Assembly: GCA_049971295.1 (NCBI GenBank) | Contig: JBMFLH010000002.1 | Location: forward strand, 15,240-79,239 | Source: Candidatus Ratteibacteria bacterium | GTDB taxonomy: Bacteria > Ratteibacteria > UBA8468 > B48-G9 > DTJG01 | DNA length: 64,000 bases | Reading direction: 5' to 3' | Shown here: piece by piece, positions 26,823-36,973 of the stretch | How the letters are laid out: every line of letters starts with the position of its first letter | Numbering within the stretch: position 1 is the first letter of the stretch | Translations under genes and position numbers: made by a program | The notes under the pieces: generated by a model | Databases searched by the model: none | The model's input: the letters and a program-made list of their open reading frames with translations, nothing else | Told to the model about the DNA's origin: nothing

Positions 26823-27719
26823 TTATTCAAAGTGTCTGAATTTTTCTTTTGATATTTTGCTCGTGCTTCCATTTGTATGTTTCAGTATAAAGGTTTTCTT
26901 TTTTGTTAATTTACCTATTGCTGTCAATGGTACACCGTCAATGCTGGCAGGTACAAATTTTAAAGATTCAGGCGAAATTGTCAGTAATAATTCATAGTCC
27001 TCTCCATCGTATAGAGCAGAGGCAATTTTATTTTCTTCTGAAGCATTCCGCGATACAGGTATTTTTGAGATTTCTATTTCAAGACCACATCCAGATGCTT
27101 CGGCAAGTTTTTTTGCATCGGCAGCCAATCCGTCAGAAAGATCAATCATTGCGGTTGGTTTTACCTGATTAATGATTGTCTGTGCTTCCCGAACTCTTGG
27201 AATAAATTCGAATTGCTTTCTTTTCTGGGAACCGCCTAAGTGCCCTGTGACAAAAAGAATATCTCCTGGATTTGCAGTACTGCGCAGGACAAGATTTTTC
27301 TTTTTTACAGTTCCTGCAAGAAAAACGTCCACAAATAATATTTCTGAACGGGACAGATTCCCACCGATGATATCGACATTGAACAATTTCGCCATATCAT
27401 GAATTCCTCTGTAAATTTCCTTATATTTCGAAACAATTCTTTTGGATATACCAAGAGAAACAAGTGCCCATCGTGGTGTACCTCCCATCGCTGCAATATC
27501 ACTGATATTGACTCCCAGAGCTTTCCATCCAATTTGGTAGAAACTTGCTTCATCAATTTTGAAATGTACATTTTCCACGATGGCATCTGTTGTTAGCAGC
27601 AGATAATGGGTCTTGTTAAAGTTGATCACAGCTGTGTCGTCACCAATACCAATTTTCACTTCTTTTCTTTTTGGTAAACAGTGGGATTTTAACCAATTTA
27701 TAATTTTTCCTTCTTCCAT
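26823..27719 (-). CDS. thiL: Thiamine-monophosphate kinase
   Basis: GDDTAVINF...LLLTTDAIVENVHF AIR-synthase-related fold. Start taken at the ATG at 27719, abutting the argG stop. Confidence 0.75.
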   Translation of the reverse strand: MEEGKIINWLKSHCLPKRKEVKIGIGDDTAVINFNKTHYLLLTTDAIVENVHFKIDEASFYQIGWKALGVNISDIAAMGGTPRWALVSLGISKRIVSKYKEIYRGIHDMAKLFNVDIIGGNLSRSEILFVDVFLAGTVKKKNLVLRSTANPGDILFVTGHLGGSQKRKQFEFIPRVREAQTIINQVKPTAMIDLSDGLAADAKKLAEASGCGLEIEISKIPVSRNASEENKIASALYDGEDYELLLTISPESLKFVPASIDGVPLTAIGKLTKKKTFILKHTNGSTSKISKEKFRHFE

Positions 27720-27720
27720 A

Positions 27721-28923
27721 TTACTTCTCTTTTTTTCTGCTTCTTTTTCCTTCAAGAATTAATGGGAGTCCATAAATATCAATGAAACCTTTTGATGCTC
27801 TGTGGTCAAAAATGTCTTTTTCAGTGTATGTGGAAAGTTTTTCTTCATATAAAGAAAAAGGTGATTTCCTGCCGACCACTGTGCATTGTCCTTTGAACAG
27901 TTTTACTCTTACAGTGCCAGTCACATATTTCTGTGTTTCGTTGATAAACTTTTCAAGACAGATTCTGAAATCGCTGAACCAGTATCCATAATAGATAAGT
28001 TCTGAATACTTCTGGCTGATTATTGTTTTGAAGTGTAATAGATTCCTTTCAAGAACCAGTTTTTCAAGTTCTGAATGCGCAGTATGAAGGATTACTGCAG
28101 CAGGCGCTTCATAAATTTCTCTCGACTTGATGCCAACAAGACGATTCTCCACCATATCAATTCTCCCCACACCATGTTTACCACCGACTTCATTAAGCAT
28201 AGAAATAAGTTTTAAACCATTAGCATGCCTGCCATTAATTCCTGTTGGAATTCCTTCGCAGAATTCTATTTCCATGTATTCTGGCTTTGACGGTGCTTTT
28301 TCAGGATTCTGCGTGATTTGATAAGCATCTTCAGGAGGTTCGTGCCATGGGTCTTCAAGGACGCCGCATTCAATGGAAATTCCCCACAGGTTCCAGTCGA
28401 TACTGTAGGGTTTTTTCTTCGTCACACTGACAGGGATGTTGTGTTTTTTTGCATACGCAATTTCTTCTTCCCTTGATTTAAATTCCCATTCTCTGACAGG
28501 AGCAATAATTTCCTTTTCAGGCGCGAGATTTTTAAAGGCAAGTTCAAATCTTACCTGGTCATTGCCCTTACCTGTACATCCGTGTGCAAAAGCATCCGCA
28601 TTTTCTTTTTTTGCGACCTCGACCATGTTTTTAGCAATCAAAGGCCGAGAAAGAGCAGTTGCCAGAGGATATTTACCTTCATATAGCGCAGAACCTTTTA
28701 ACGAGGGAAATATGTAATCATTGATAAATTCATCCTTAAGATCCACAAAATAAAATTTTTTTGCGCCTGTCTGAAGCGCTTTTTTTTCAAGCAGCGCTGG
28801 ATTTTCTTTCTGTCCGATGTCTGCCGTGAATGCAATAATTTCTGCATGATACTTTGTTTGCAACCATTTGATAATAACAGAAGTATCAAGGCCTCCAGAA
28901 TATGCTACAACGATTTTTTTCAT
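27721..28923 (-). CDS. argG: Argininosuccinate synthase
   Basis: N-terminal [15 protein letters not shown]-loop and a full-length ArgG. Confidence 0.9.
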   Translation of the reverse strand: MKKIVVAYSGGLDTSVIIKWLQTKYHAEIIAFTADIGQKENPALLEKKALQTGAKKFYFVDLKDEFINDYIFPSLKGSALYEGKYPLATALSRPLIAKNMVEVAKKENADAFAHGCTGKGNDQVRFELAFKNLAPEKEIIAPVREWEFKSREEEIAYAKKHNIPVSVTKKKPYSIDWNLWGISIECGVLEDPWHEPPEDAYQITQNPEKAPSKPEYMEIEFCEGIPTGINGRHANGLKLISMLNEVGGKHGVGRIDMVENRLVGIKSREIYEAPAAVILHTAHSELEKLVLERNLLHFKTIISQKYSELIYYGYWFSDFRICLEKFINETQKYVTGTVRVKLFKGQCTVVGRKSPFSLYEEKLSTYTEKDIFDHRASKGFIDIYGLPLILEGKRSRKKEK

Positions 28924-28935
28924 TTTGCTCCTATG

Positions 28936-30027
28936 TTATATAAGATTTTGTTTTCTCAATGTCAAAAACATTCGAATTCTACCTACGGCAAATCCACCAA
29001 ATCCAAAAATCAAAAATGGTAATTGACCAATCACGCCTGCCTTTGGTATTGCAGTGATAAGAACAAAAACGCCGGTTCCAACAAATATGGCAAGAAGCAT
29101 CTTCATTTTGCTTTCTTTCATTTTGAAAAGAATGATTCTCCCCAGTGCAATGCAAGTGAATCCACGACACAAATATAGCAGAGATATATAAAACGTCAAC
29201 AATATCAATCCAACCGGGGCGCCAATTACTGTGATCATTAAGAGTATCATGATTAATGGAGTGATCAACAGTAGTAGTACACCGCTAAAAAAAATCCAGA
29301 CAGGTTTTTTTTCTATCATTTCAATTGTTTCCTGAAGGATTCTTGGTGTAATGAGTGTCATCAAGAGAAAAGGAAAACACAAACTCAAAAACGAATATAT
29401 CTTTCTGAATTTAGACGAAAAAAAGATCTGTGCCTTTTGGGGAACGGGTGGTTCATATGTGAAGTTGCAGTGTTTAAGTACATTTATTGGAAGAGATGGC
29501 TTCATCTGACTCTGTACAAACAGGTCTTTGACATCGATATTTTTTGTAAAAATGACATCTCTGGTTTTTATGTAAACTGTTTTATATTGTCCTCCCATCT
29601 GGATATTTCTTGACCATATTTTGGTAATATTTTTGCATTTTACGCTGTCAGTTATCAGTATTTCAGGTGAAAGGATATTGACATTGCCGTCAACTTCACA
29701 ATTTTCTACTATTAGATTTCTTGCCATCACCTTTAGATTTCCTTTAATTCTTCCAGACATTCTCACCGTGTCACCTGCAATATATATGTCTTTATCTGAA
29801 GTTCCTTTAAAGTTAATGGTGATGCCGAATAAAATCACATCTTCATATGAAGTGCCTGAAAATTCCAGATTTTTGCCAATAGCAATCATATTATTCATAA
29901 AACTCCGTTGCATTTTCAAATCCTTGCCTGACAGGAAATCTTCAAGTCCCTGGTGGGCGGCACCATCCGCTATTGCATGAACCTGAAATTCACACAAAAA
30001 CAACGCGATTAACAAAAATTTTTTCAT
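28936..30027 (-). CDS. Hypothetical exported/membrane protein: signal peptide, bactofilin-like beta-helical repeat region, C-terminal multi-TM domain
   Basis: N-terminal MKKFLLIALFLCEFQVHA signal peptide. A repetitive G/V/I-rich segment (residues ~50-130) resembles polymer-forming cytoskeletal (bactofilin/DUF583) repeats. About 4 hydrophobic helices follow after residue ~200. Confidence 0.4.
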   Translation of the reverse strand: MKKFLLIALFLCEFQVHAIADGAAHQGLEDFLSGKDLKMQRSFMNNMIAIGKNLEFSGTSYEDVILFGITINFKGTSDKDIYIAGDTVRMSGRIKGNLKVMARNLIVENCEVDGNVNILSPEILITDSVKCKNITKIWSRNIQMGGQYKTVYIKTRDVIFTKNIDVKDLFVQSQMKPSLPINVLKHCNFTYEPPVPQKAQIFFSSKFRKIYSFLSLCFPFLLMTLITPRILQETIEMIEKKPVWIFFSGVLLLLITPLIMILLMITVIGAPVGLILLTFYISLLYLCRGFTCIALGRIILFKMKESKMKMLLAIFVGTGVFVLITAIPKAGVIGQLPFLIFGFGGFAVGRIRMFLTLRKQNLI

Positions 30028-30491
30028 AATTTTTTTAGCATTGGTATTTCGTCACATCTTGGAAATTTCGGACAGTTAATACAATCAATCCAAATTTTGT
30101 GTGGAAGTTTTGTCTTTTCTATTCGAACAAAACCAAACTTTTCAAAAAATTCGGGAACATATGTAAGCACAAAAATTTTCTTAATACCAATTTTTTCTGC
30201 CTCTTTTATCAGCGTTTCGACCAATAGCGAACCATATCCCTTTTTTTGCTTTGAATTTTTAATGGCAAGGGATCTGATTTCACCCAGATCTTTCCATACA
30301 ATTTTTAATGCAGCACAGCCAATGACATTTCTTCTGGCATCGCTGATGACCCAGAAATTTCTCAAGTTTTCAAATATCTGATTGATTGAAACAGGCAGCA
30401 TTTTTCCTTTTTTCGCCTGAACGTTTATGAGATTTTTTATGGAATACGCGTCGTCGATTACAGCTGGTCTAATGTCAATCTTCATATACAA
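30024..30491 (-). CDS. GNAT-family N-acetyltransferase (possibly an amino-acid N-acetyltransferase)
   Basis: Acetyl-CoA-binding motif KQKKGYGSLLVETLIKEA, about 150 aa, in the arginine-biosynthesis neighbourhood. Confidence 0.6.
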   Translation of the reverse strand: MYMKIDIRPAVIDDAYSIKNLINVQAKKGKMLPVSINQIFENLRNFWVISDARRNVIGCAALKIVWKDLGEIRSLAIKNSKQKKGYGSLLVETLIKEAEKIGIKKIFVLTYVPEFFEKFGFVRIEKTKLPHKIWIDCINCPKFPRCDEIPMLKKL

Positions 30492-31089
30492 TCACTCTCC
30501 TTCCTTCAACAACAACTTTATTTTCAGAAATGAGTTTTATCGCTATGGGATAAATAATATGTTCTTTTTCCTGAATTCTTTTATGCAAACTTTCTGGAGT
30601 ATCATTACTGAGTACTGGAACAACCGCCTGAAGTATGATAGGACCGGTATCAATATCTTCTTCAACAAAGTGGACAGTACATCCAGTAAATTTCACTCCA
30701 TAGTCAAGAGCTTGTTTCCACGCCTCAAGCCCGCGAAAAGAAGGCAGTAAAGATGGATGAATATTAATAATTTTCCCCTGATATGCATTGAAAAATTCTT
30801 TTTTAATGACCCTCATAAAACCAGCCAGGCAAACCAGTTCCACGTGGTGTTCTTTCAAACATTCAACATATTTTTTTTCCTGGGCCTGGGCAAGGAAAGT
30901 TTTGTATTTTCCTGGTTCTATGTATGTGGCAGGGATTTTTTCAGTCCGTGCGATTTCCAGAGCGTATGCCTGTGGATTATCGCTAATGACCACTCCTATT
31001 TTAACATTCAAAAAACCCGTTTTAACCTGTTCTATAATCGCTTGAAGATTGCTTCCTTTCCCTGAGGCGAGAACACCTATGGTAAACAT
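30475..31089 (-). CDS. purN: Phosphoribosylglycinamide formyltransferase
   Basis: IGVLASGKGSNLQAI and formyl-transferase motifs HPSLLPSFRG. Confidence 0.85.
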   Translation of the reverse strand: MFTIGVLASGKGSNLQAIIEQVKTGFLNVKIGVVISDNPQAYALEIARTEKIPATYIEPGKYKTFLAQAQEKKYVECLKEHHVELVCLAGFMRVIKKEFFNAYQGKIINIHPSLLPSFRGLEAWKQALDYGVKFTGCTVHFVEEDIDTGPIILQAVVPVLSNDTPESLHKRIQEKEHIIYPIAIKLISENKVVVEGRRVIVYED

Positions 31090-31403
31090 TTTTCAATCTC
31101 CTTTAAGTATCGCAGAATTTTCTTTAACAACACTGATGAATTCTGTTTATCCTTTTTCTGTGTATGATAGATATCATGGAATTTTTTTTTAACACCCAAA
31201 ATTTTGTATCCGTTCTGATACAGCAGTTTTTGGATTTGTTTGATTTTTTCAACATCCTTTGCAGAATATATTCTTCTTCCAGCAGGATCCCTCTGAATTT
31301 TCAAAAAAGAAAACTGCTTCTCCCAGTATCTTAAAATATGCGTGCCGACCCCTGTAATTTCAGAAACTTCGCTGATACTATAATAACGATTATGTTCATT
31401 CAT
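31077..31403 (-). CDS. MerR-family helix-turn-helix transcriptional regulator (short)
   Basis: YSISEVSEITGVGTHILRYWEKQ HTH segment typical of MerR-type regulators. Confidence 0.55.
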   Translation of the reverse strand: MNEHNRYYSISEVSEITGVGTHILRYWEKQFSFLKIQRDPAGRRIYSAKDVEKIKQIQKLLYQNGYKILGVKKKFHDIYHTQKKDKQNSSVLLKKILRYLKEIEKCLP

Positions 31404-32373
31404 TTTTCAATTCTCTTGTCATAAGTTTTTCAATCTCATCAGATGGTTTTGCATTTTCATGTACAATTCGATATATGGCTCCAGCAATAGGAATTTCTAT
31501 ATTATGTGTTTTAGCCATTATCAGGATGGCTTTTGATGCAGATATTCCTTCAACAACCATCCTGGTTTGAGCAAGAAACTGCTGTTTCTTATTCAGCGCT
31601 ATTGCCTGACCAAATCTGCGATTTCTGCTGCTGGGGCTGAATGATGTTGTGATCAGGTCCCCAATTCCGGCAAGGCCCAGAAATGTTTTTTCTTTAGCAC
31701 CAAAAATTCTTCCAAATCTTTTCATTTCTTCTACACTTCTTGTTAGATAAGATGCCTTTGCGTTATCACCCAATTTGAGCCCATCAATAATTCCCGAGCC
31801 AATCGCGATAACATTTTTATAGCCGCCACATATTTCAACGCCACAAACGTCGTCACTTGTATATAATCTCAAAACCTTTGAGGAAAACATATTTTGTATC
31901 TCTCTTGCCATATTCATATCATCAGAAGCCACCACTGCCGCAGTTGGCTTTCCGGCAGCAACCTCAGAAGCAATTGTTGGCCCTGAAATAACCGCAAATT
32001 TACACATGCCTATTTCATTATACAATATTTCCGACATTCTCATTCCTGTTTCTGGTTCAAGTCCCTTGGTGGCAATCAGAATTTTCTGCCTTTTATAAAA
32101 TGGTTTTAAGTTTCTGAGTGTTTCTCTGAAATATTGAGAAGGTACAACAATTATGAGTAAACTATTATTGCATACAGTTTGAGTGTTACTTGTAACTGTC
32201 ACATGGTCTGGTATCTTGAACCCAGGAAGAAATTCAATATTTTCTTTCATAGATGAAAGCACAGTAGCGTATTCAGGAAACTTTTCCCAGAGTGTTACCT
32301 CAAATTTAGTAGAAAGTATTATTGATAGGGCAGTACCCCAGCCACCTGCGCCGACAATGCCTATTTTTTCCAT
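31396..32373 (-). CDS. gpsA: NAD(P)H-dependent glycerol-3-phosphate dehydrogenase
   Basis: KIGIVGAGGWGTAL Rossmann motif and a GpsA C-terminal domain. Confidence 0.85.
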   Translation of the reverse strand: MEKIGIVGAGGWGTALSIILSTKFEVTLWEKFPEYATVLSSMKENIEFLPGFKIPDHVTVTSNTQTVCNNSLLIIVVPSQYFRETLRNLKPFYKRQKILIATKGLEPETGMRMSEILYNEIGMCKFAVISGPTIASEVAAGKPTAAVVASDDMNMAREIQNMFSSKVLRLYTSDDVCGVEICGGYKNVIAIGSGIIDGLKLGDNAKASYLTRSVEEMKRFGRIFGAKEKTFLGLAGIGDLITTSFSPSSRNRRFGQAIALNKKQQFLAQTRMVVEGISASKAILIMAKTHNIEIPIAGAIYRIVHENAKPSDEIEKLMTRELKNE

Positions 32374-32972
32374 ATGCTGAACCTGTTCTCCTTTCCATCA
32401 ATTAACCTTTTTATGTTATCTTTATGAGCAAAAATCACAACAAAAGAGATAACAATTCCTACGAAGAGAAAATGGATATTTTTTTGCAAAATGAAGATAA
32501 GAAAAGGCAATGCTATTGCTGCAGTTATGGATGCCAGCGAAACATATCCTGTGAGAGAAAACATTACTAACCAAACACACAAACTGAATATTGCTTCAAC
32601 AGGCATCATGGCAAGGATAACACCAAAACTGCAATTTACTGATTTCCCGCCTTTACCCCTGAGGAACAAAGAAAACTTACTACCAATAATTGCTGCAACT
32701 CCCACGGCAACCAATATGATTTGGTTGATGTCTTTCCCATAAACACTTTTCATCAGGATTATGGGAAGAGCACCCTTTAATACATCAAGTATAAAAGTGC
32801 AAATTCCGGGTACTGGCCCCAGCACCCGGAATACATTTGTTGCGCCTATATTACCGCTGCCTTTGTTTCTCAGGTCGATATTATAGAAGTACTTTCCTAT
32901 CCAGTAACCCCATGCCAGACTACCTGAAAAATAGCCCAGTAAAATCCAGATTATCGTGGAGAAAAAAGACAC
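32361..32972 (-). CDS. plsY: Glycerol-3-phosphate acyltransferase PlsY
   Basis: GSGNIGATNVFR motif and 5-6 TM helices. Confidence 0.9.
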   Translation of the reverse strand: MSFFSTIIWILLGYFSGSLAWGYWIGKYFYNIDLRNKGSGNIGATNVFRVLGPVPGICTFILDVLKGALPIILMKSVYGKDINQIILVAVGVAAIIGSKFSLFLRGKGGKSVNCSFGVILAMMPVEAIFSLCVWLVMFSLTGYVSLASITAAIALPFLIFILQKNIHFLFVGIVISFVVIFAHKDNIKRLIDGKENRFSIWKK

Positions 32973-32988
32973 GGTTCATATGCCTGTA

Positions 32989-33618
32989 TTACTGAAGCCC
33001 GAGCAGTTCTTTTGCTTTGTCAACAGCAGAGCCTGCATCAGGCGCGTATCCATCAGCACCAATTTCGTCTGCATAAGATTGTGTTACAGGAGCTCCTCCT
33101 ATAATGACCTTTACCTTATCTCTGATTCCTTCTGCTTTTAATTTTTCAATCACATCTTTCATTGCTGGCATTGTGGTTGTCAGAAGGGCTGAAAGTCCGA
33201 TCAACTGCGCACCATTTTTTGCTGCCTCTACAAATTTTTCTTCAGGAACATCAATACCAAGGTCCATGACCTCAAATCCTGCTCCTTTCCACATCATGGA
33301 GACAAGATTTTTACCAATATCGTGGAGATCGCCTTTTACTGTTCCTATAGCCACTTTTCCCTGAGATTTTATGCCTGCTTTGGCAATTTCTGGTTGCAGG
33401 ATCGCCATTGCCTGATTCATGGTTCTGGCAGCGATTAATACTTCAGGAACATAAAATTCATTGTTTTTGAATTTCACTCCGACGACATTCATTCCAGCAA
33501 TTAGCCCTTCATTCAGAATCTTTTCCACGCTGATGTTTTCAGCCAGAGCTTTAGAAACGAGCTCTGTGGCTTTCTTCGCATCTCCTCTAATTATTGCTTG
33601 TTTGATTTCCTCTAACAT
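32989..33618 (-). CDS. Cobalamin (B12)-binding corrinoid protein (methyltransferase-associated corrinoid protein-like)
   Basis: An N-terminal helical cap plus a B12-binding Rossmann domain with the DxHxxG motif (GDLHDIGKN). Confidence 0.8.
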   Translation of the reverse strand: MLEEIKQAIIRGDAKKATELVSKALAENISVEKILNEGLIAGMNVVGVKFKNNEFYVPEVLIAARTMNQAMAILQPEIAKAGIKSQGKVAIGTVKGDLHDIGKNLVSMMWKGAGFEVMDLGIDVPEEKFVEAAKNGAQLIGLSALLTTTMPAMKDVIEKLKAEGIRDKVKVIIGGAPVTQSYADEIGADGYAPDAGSAVDKAKELLGLQ

Positions 33619-33659
33619 TTTGTCCCCTTGGTCTGGTTAGAAAAATTTACTTGAAACAT

Positions 33660-33688
33660 TTTATACAGCAAATTTAAAGGCTTGTCAA
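33660..33688 (-). promoter_or_regulatory. Sigma70-like promoter (TTGACA-17-TATAAA) for the corrinoid-protein gene
   Basis: On the minus strand: TTGACA (complement of 33683-33688), a 17-nt spacer, TATAAA (complement of 33660-33665). An AAGGGGA RBS sits before the ATG at 33618. Confidence 0.45.
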
Positions 33689-33709
33689 GTTTTATTATCA
33701 GTGTAAAAT
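33682..33709 (+). promoter_or_regulatory. Sigma70-like promoter (TTGTCA-16-TAAAAT) for tRNA-Val
   Basis: TTGTCA at 33682-33687, a 16-nt spacer and TAAAAT at 33704-33709, 14 nt upstream of the tRNA 5' end. Its -35 overlaps the divergent promoter's -35 within the palindrome CTTGTCAAG. Confidence 0.4.
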
Positions 33710-33723
33710 AATATAAAAACTTA

Positions 33724-33797
33724 AGGCGGTTAGCTCAGTCGGCAAGAGCGCTTCCCTTACAAGGAAGAGGTCGTGGGTTCGATTCCCTCACCGCCTA
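33724..33797 (+). tRNA. tRNA-Val (anticodon TAC)
   Basis: Cloverleaf folded by hand: acceptor AGGCGGT/ACCGCCT, D-stem GCTC/GAGC, anticodon stem CTTCC/GGAAG with loop CTTACAA, T-arm GTGGG-TTCGATT-CCCTC (one U-U mismatch), discriminator A, no encoded CCA. Confidence 0.8.
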
Positions 33798-33917
33798 TTG
33801 ATTACCTCTTTAATTATCCAGCTGTCTTGATTTTTGTAGATGCATAAAAAATGAAACTTCACGCGACAAAAATTCATCTAAAAGTATGAAATGTAAAAAT
33901 TACAAAAGGAGAAACAC

Positions 33918-35792
33918 ATGGAAAAAATTATTGGTATAGACCTTGGAACAAGTAATTCTGCAGCTGCGATCATGGAAGGCGGTAAAATTGTTGTGATACC
34001 GAGTGCAGAAGGCACAACCATTGTCGGTGGAAAGGCATTTCCTTCTTATGTTGCATTTACAAAAGATGGTCAGATCCTTGTGGGTGAACCAGCAAGAAGA
34101 CAGGCAGCTGTAAACCCCGATCGAACAATTTTCGGTGCAAAAAGGAAAATGGGGACAGATTTTAAGTACACAATTGATGGCAAAACATATACCCCCCAGC
34201 AAATTTCGGCTTTTATTCTTCAGAAGATCAAAAAAGATGCAGAAAGTTTTCTTGGCTATCCAATTCACAAGGCAGTAATTACTGTACCGGCATATTTTAA
34301 CGATAATCAAAGACAGGCCACTAAAGATGCTGGAACGATTGCGGGTCTTGAAGTTGTAAGATTAATCAATGAACCTACAGCAGCAGCATTTGCCTACGGC
34401 CTGGATAAGTTGAATCAGGAATTAAAAATCATGGTATTTGATCTTGGCGCAGGAACCCTTGATGTTACCATTATGGAAATGATGGGAGGTGGAGTTTTTA
34501 AGGTCCTTTCTACCAGCGGTGATACACAACTTGGTGGAACAGATATGGACCAGGACCTTGTCGATTTTATAGTGAAGGACTTTAAAATGCAAACCGGTAT
34601 TGATTTGACAAATGACAGAATGGCAATGCAAAGAATCAGAGAAGCAGCTGAAAAGGCAAAGATAGAGCTTTCTTCTACACTTGAGACAGAAATCAACCTT
34701 CCATTTATTACTGCAAATGACAAAGGGCCGCAGCATCTTTCTATGAAAATAAGACGGGCTCAACTTGAAGAGCTTGTCAGGGCAAGAGTGGAAAAATGTC
34801 GCGGTCCAATGGAACAGGCACTTGCAGACGCAAAACTTACTCCTTCACAGATTGACAAAATTATTCTTGTTGGTGGTCCGACAAGAATGCCAATTATACA
34901 GAAATTTATCGAAGATTTTATGGGCAAAAAACCTGAAAGAGGAGTCGACCCTATGGAATGTGTTGCTACAGGAGCAGCGATTCAGGGTGCAATTCTCGCA
35001 GGAGACCTGAAGGATAAAGATATTTTATTGCTCGATGTCACCCCTCTGTCTCTCGGAGTTGAAACACTGGGTGGAGTGTTTACCAAAATTATAGAAAGAA
35101 ATACAACCATTCCAACAAGAAAGAGCCAGATATTCACTACTGCCACAGATAATCAGACATCAGTGGAAATTCATGTGTTGCAGGGCGAACGGCCGATGGC
35201 AGCGCATAATACCAGTCTTGGAAGATTTCATTTGGACGACATTCCACCTGCTCCACGGGGAGTGCCGCAAATTGAAGTAACATTTGATATTGACTCGAAT
35301 GGAATTTTGTCAGTGACTGCAAAAGACCTTGCAACGAAAAAAGAACAATCAATCCGCATTACTGCTTCAAAAAAATTAACTAAAGAAGAAATAGACAGAA
35401 TGATTAAGGAAGCAGAACAATTTGCAGAACAGGACAGAAAACAGAAGGAGCTGGTCGAACTATGCAATCAAGCTGATGCACTTGCCTATAGCGTTGAGAA
35501 AACCTTGAAAGAGCATGAAAGCAAAATTCCTGAAACAGAAAGAAATACAGCCAAAGAAAAAATTTCTGCTTTGAGAAAAGCCATAGAAACAAAAAATGAG
35601 TCCGAAATAAGGGCGCTTATGCAGGAACTGGAACAAAGTTCTCATCGTATAGCCGAAATTCTTTACAAACAGGCAGCCCAGACCGGTCAAACACAACAGC
35701 AAACAACATCACAATCATCTGAACCACAGACCGAACAAAGCGATAAGAAAGTTGTGGATGCCGATTATCGAGAAGTTGATGGGAATAAATAA
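33918..35792 (+). CDS. dnaK: Molecular chaperone DnaK (Hsp70)
   Basis: [19 protein letters not shown] and a full-length Hsp70, with an AAAGGAG RBS. Confidence 0.95.
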   Translation: MEKIIGIDLGTSNSAAAIMEGGKIVVIPSAEGTTIVGGKAFPSYVAFTKDGQILVGEPARRQAAVNPDRTIFGAKRKMGTDFKYTIDGKTYTPQQISAFILQKIKKDAESFLGYPIHKAVITVPAYFNDNQRQATKDAGTIAGLEVVRLINEPTAAAFAYGLDKLNQELKIMVFDLGAGTLDVTIMEMMGGGVFKVLSTSGDTQLGGTDMDQDLVDFIVKDFKMQTGIDLTNDRMAMQRIREAAEKAKIELSSTLETEINLPFITANDKGPQHLSMKIRRAQLEELVRARVEKCRGPMEQALADAKLTPSQIDKIILVGGPTRMPIIQKFIEDFMGKKPERGVDPMECVATGAAIQGAILAGDLKDKDILLLDVTPLSLGVETLGGVFTKIIERNTTIPTRKSQIFTTATDNQTSVEIHVLQGERPMAAHNTSLGRFHLDDIPPAPRGVPQIEVTFDIDSNGILSVTAKDLATKKEQSIRITASKKLTKEEIDRMIKEAEQFAEQDRKQKELVELCNQADALAYSVEKTLKEHESKIPETERNTAKEKISALRKAIETKNESEIRALMQELEQSSHRIAEILYKQAAQTGQTQQQTTSQSSEPQTEQSDKKVVDADYREVDGNK

Positions 35793-35815
35793 TTTTAGAA
35801 AAACCGGGATTGCCA

Positions 35816-35844
35816 CGGGCGGGATCACATCCGCCCGTTTTTTA
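35816..35844 (+). terminator. Rho-independent terminator after dnaK
   Basis: An 8-bp GC-rich stem CGGGCGGG / CCGCCCG around an ATCACA loop, followed by TTTTTTATT. Confidence 0.7.
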
Positions 35845-35862
35845 TTGGTTTTACGTGATAAA

Positions 35863-35871
35863 TGGTATAAT
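35863..35871 (+). promoter_or_regulatory. Extended -10 promoter element (TGgTATAAT) upstream of purM
   Basis: TGGTATAAT at 35863-35871, between the dnaK terminator and the purM ATG at 35900. Confidence 0.4.
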
Positions 35872-35899
35872 TATTTCAGTACACTTACAAAGGTCAATC

Positions 35900-36946
35900 A
35901 TGATAACCTATAAAAAGTCCGGTGTGGATGATGAAAAGGCAGAAATGCTTGTTGCGCTTATCAGGCAGCAGGTGAAGCAGGCATCATTTCCCAGAAGAAT
36001 GTCTCCGGACATTGGTTTTTTTGGGGGATTCATACCTGTCTCAACCGGGAATAAGAAAAGATATCTTGTTGCTTCGTGTGATGGTGTGGGAACAAAAATT
36101 CTTATTGCAAAAACTCTTGAAAAATATGATACGATTGGCATTGACCTGGTAGCAATGAATTGCAATGATGTGGCTGTCTGTGGAGCAAAGCCACTATTTT
36201 TTCTTGACTATATCGCAGTTGGCAAACTGAAGATAGAGAGAGAACAGAAGATTATTGAAGGAATCATCAAAGGTTGTGAAATTGCACAATGTGTTCTTGC
36301 AGGCGGTGAAACGGCGCAGATGCCAGATGTATATTCTGAAGATGACCTTGATCTGGCAGGTTTTTGTACTGGTATAGTGGAAACAGATAAAATACTTGGG
36401 CCACTCAAAGTGAAAAAGGATGATGTGTTACTTGGAGTTGCTTCAAATGGGCTTCATTCAAATGGTTTTTCGCTTGTGAGAAAGGTTCTTCTGTCAGGTA
36501 GAGGCGTGAAAAGGATGCTCAGAGCATACCAGATACCCCTGGGAAGATCTCTGGGAGAAGAATTACTCCGTCCCACATACATTTATTCAGCAGTACTTTC
36601 TCATCTTGCTGAAAACAGATTGATTCATGCAGCTGCCCATATTACTGGCGGTGGCATTCCTGGTAATCTGGTGAGGATTTTACCTGAACAAATGGACGCT
36701 GAAATTTATCTTAATTCCTGGCAGATACCTCAGATATTTCATATGATACAGCATAGTGGAAAAGTTGTGCAAAAAGAAATGTTCAATGTTTTTAATATGG
36801 GAATAGGATTAATTATGGCGCTTCCAGAACGCAATGTTGACAGGGTGCAGTTAATTGTCCGGAAACACGGTTTCAGGTCTTTTCTGATTGGTTGCATGTG
36901 TCCAGGTAAAGGGAGAGTAAGATTTCTCAAAAAGCCGGTAGGTTAA
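35900..36946 (+). CDS. purM: Phosphoribosylformylglycinamidine cyclo-ligase (AIR synthetase)
   Basis: MITYKKSGVDDEKAE N-terminus and the PurM-family DGVGTK motif. The track ORF starts further upstream, at 35810. Confidence 0.85.
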   Translation: MITYKKSGVDDEKAEMLVALIRQQVKQASFPRRMSPDIGFFGGFIPVSTGNKKRYLVASCDGVGTKILIAKTLEKYDTIGIDLVAMNCNDVAVCGAKPLFFLDYIAVGKLKIEREQKIIEGIIKGCEIAQCVLAGGETAQMPDVYSEDDLDLAGFCTGIVETDKILGPLKVKKDDVLLGVASNGLHSNGFSLVRKVLLSGRGVKRMLRAYQIPLGRSLGEELLRPTYIYSAVLSHLAENRLIHAAAHITGGGIPGNLVRILPEQMDAEIYLNSWQIPQIFHMIQHSGKVVQKEMFNVFNMGIGLIMALPERNVDRVQLIVRKHGFRSFLIGCMCPGKGRVRFLKKPVG

Positions 36947-36973
36947 ATTAACTTTTTTAAAACGGGAGGTAAT

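Noticed and set aside
26810-26872. Upstream extension of tsaE (track start 26872) and of thiL (track start 27755)
   Set aside because: Both extensions overlap the preceding gene by 35-50 nt. The internal ATGs (26809 and 27719) give N-termini that match family consensus (SPEETEKLG for TsaE) and abut the neighbouring stops.
33798-33917. Looked for a CIRCE/HrcA operator or sigma32 promoter upstream of dnaK
   Set aside because: I found no TTAGCACTC-N9-GAGTGCTAA inverted repeat and no convincing CTTGAAA/CCCCATNT pair. Only weak AT-rich hexamers are present.
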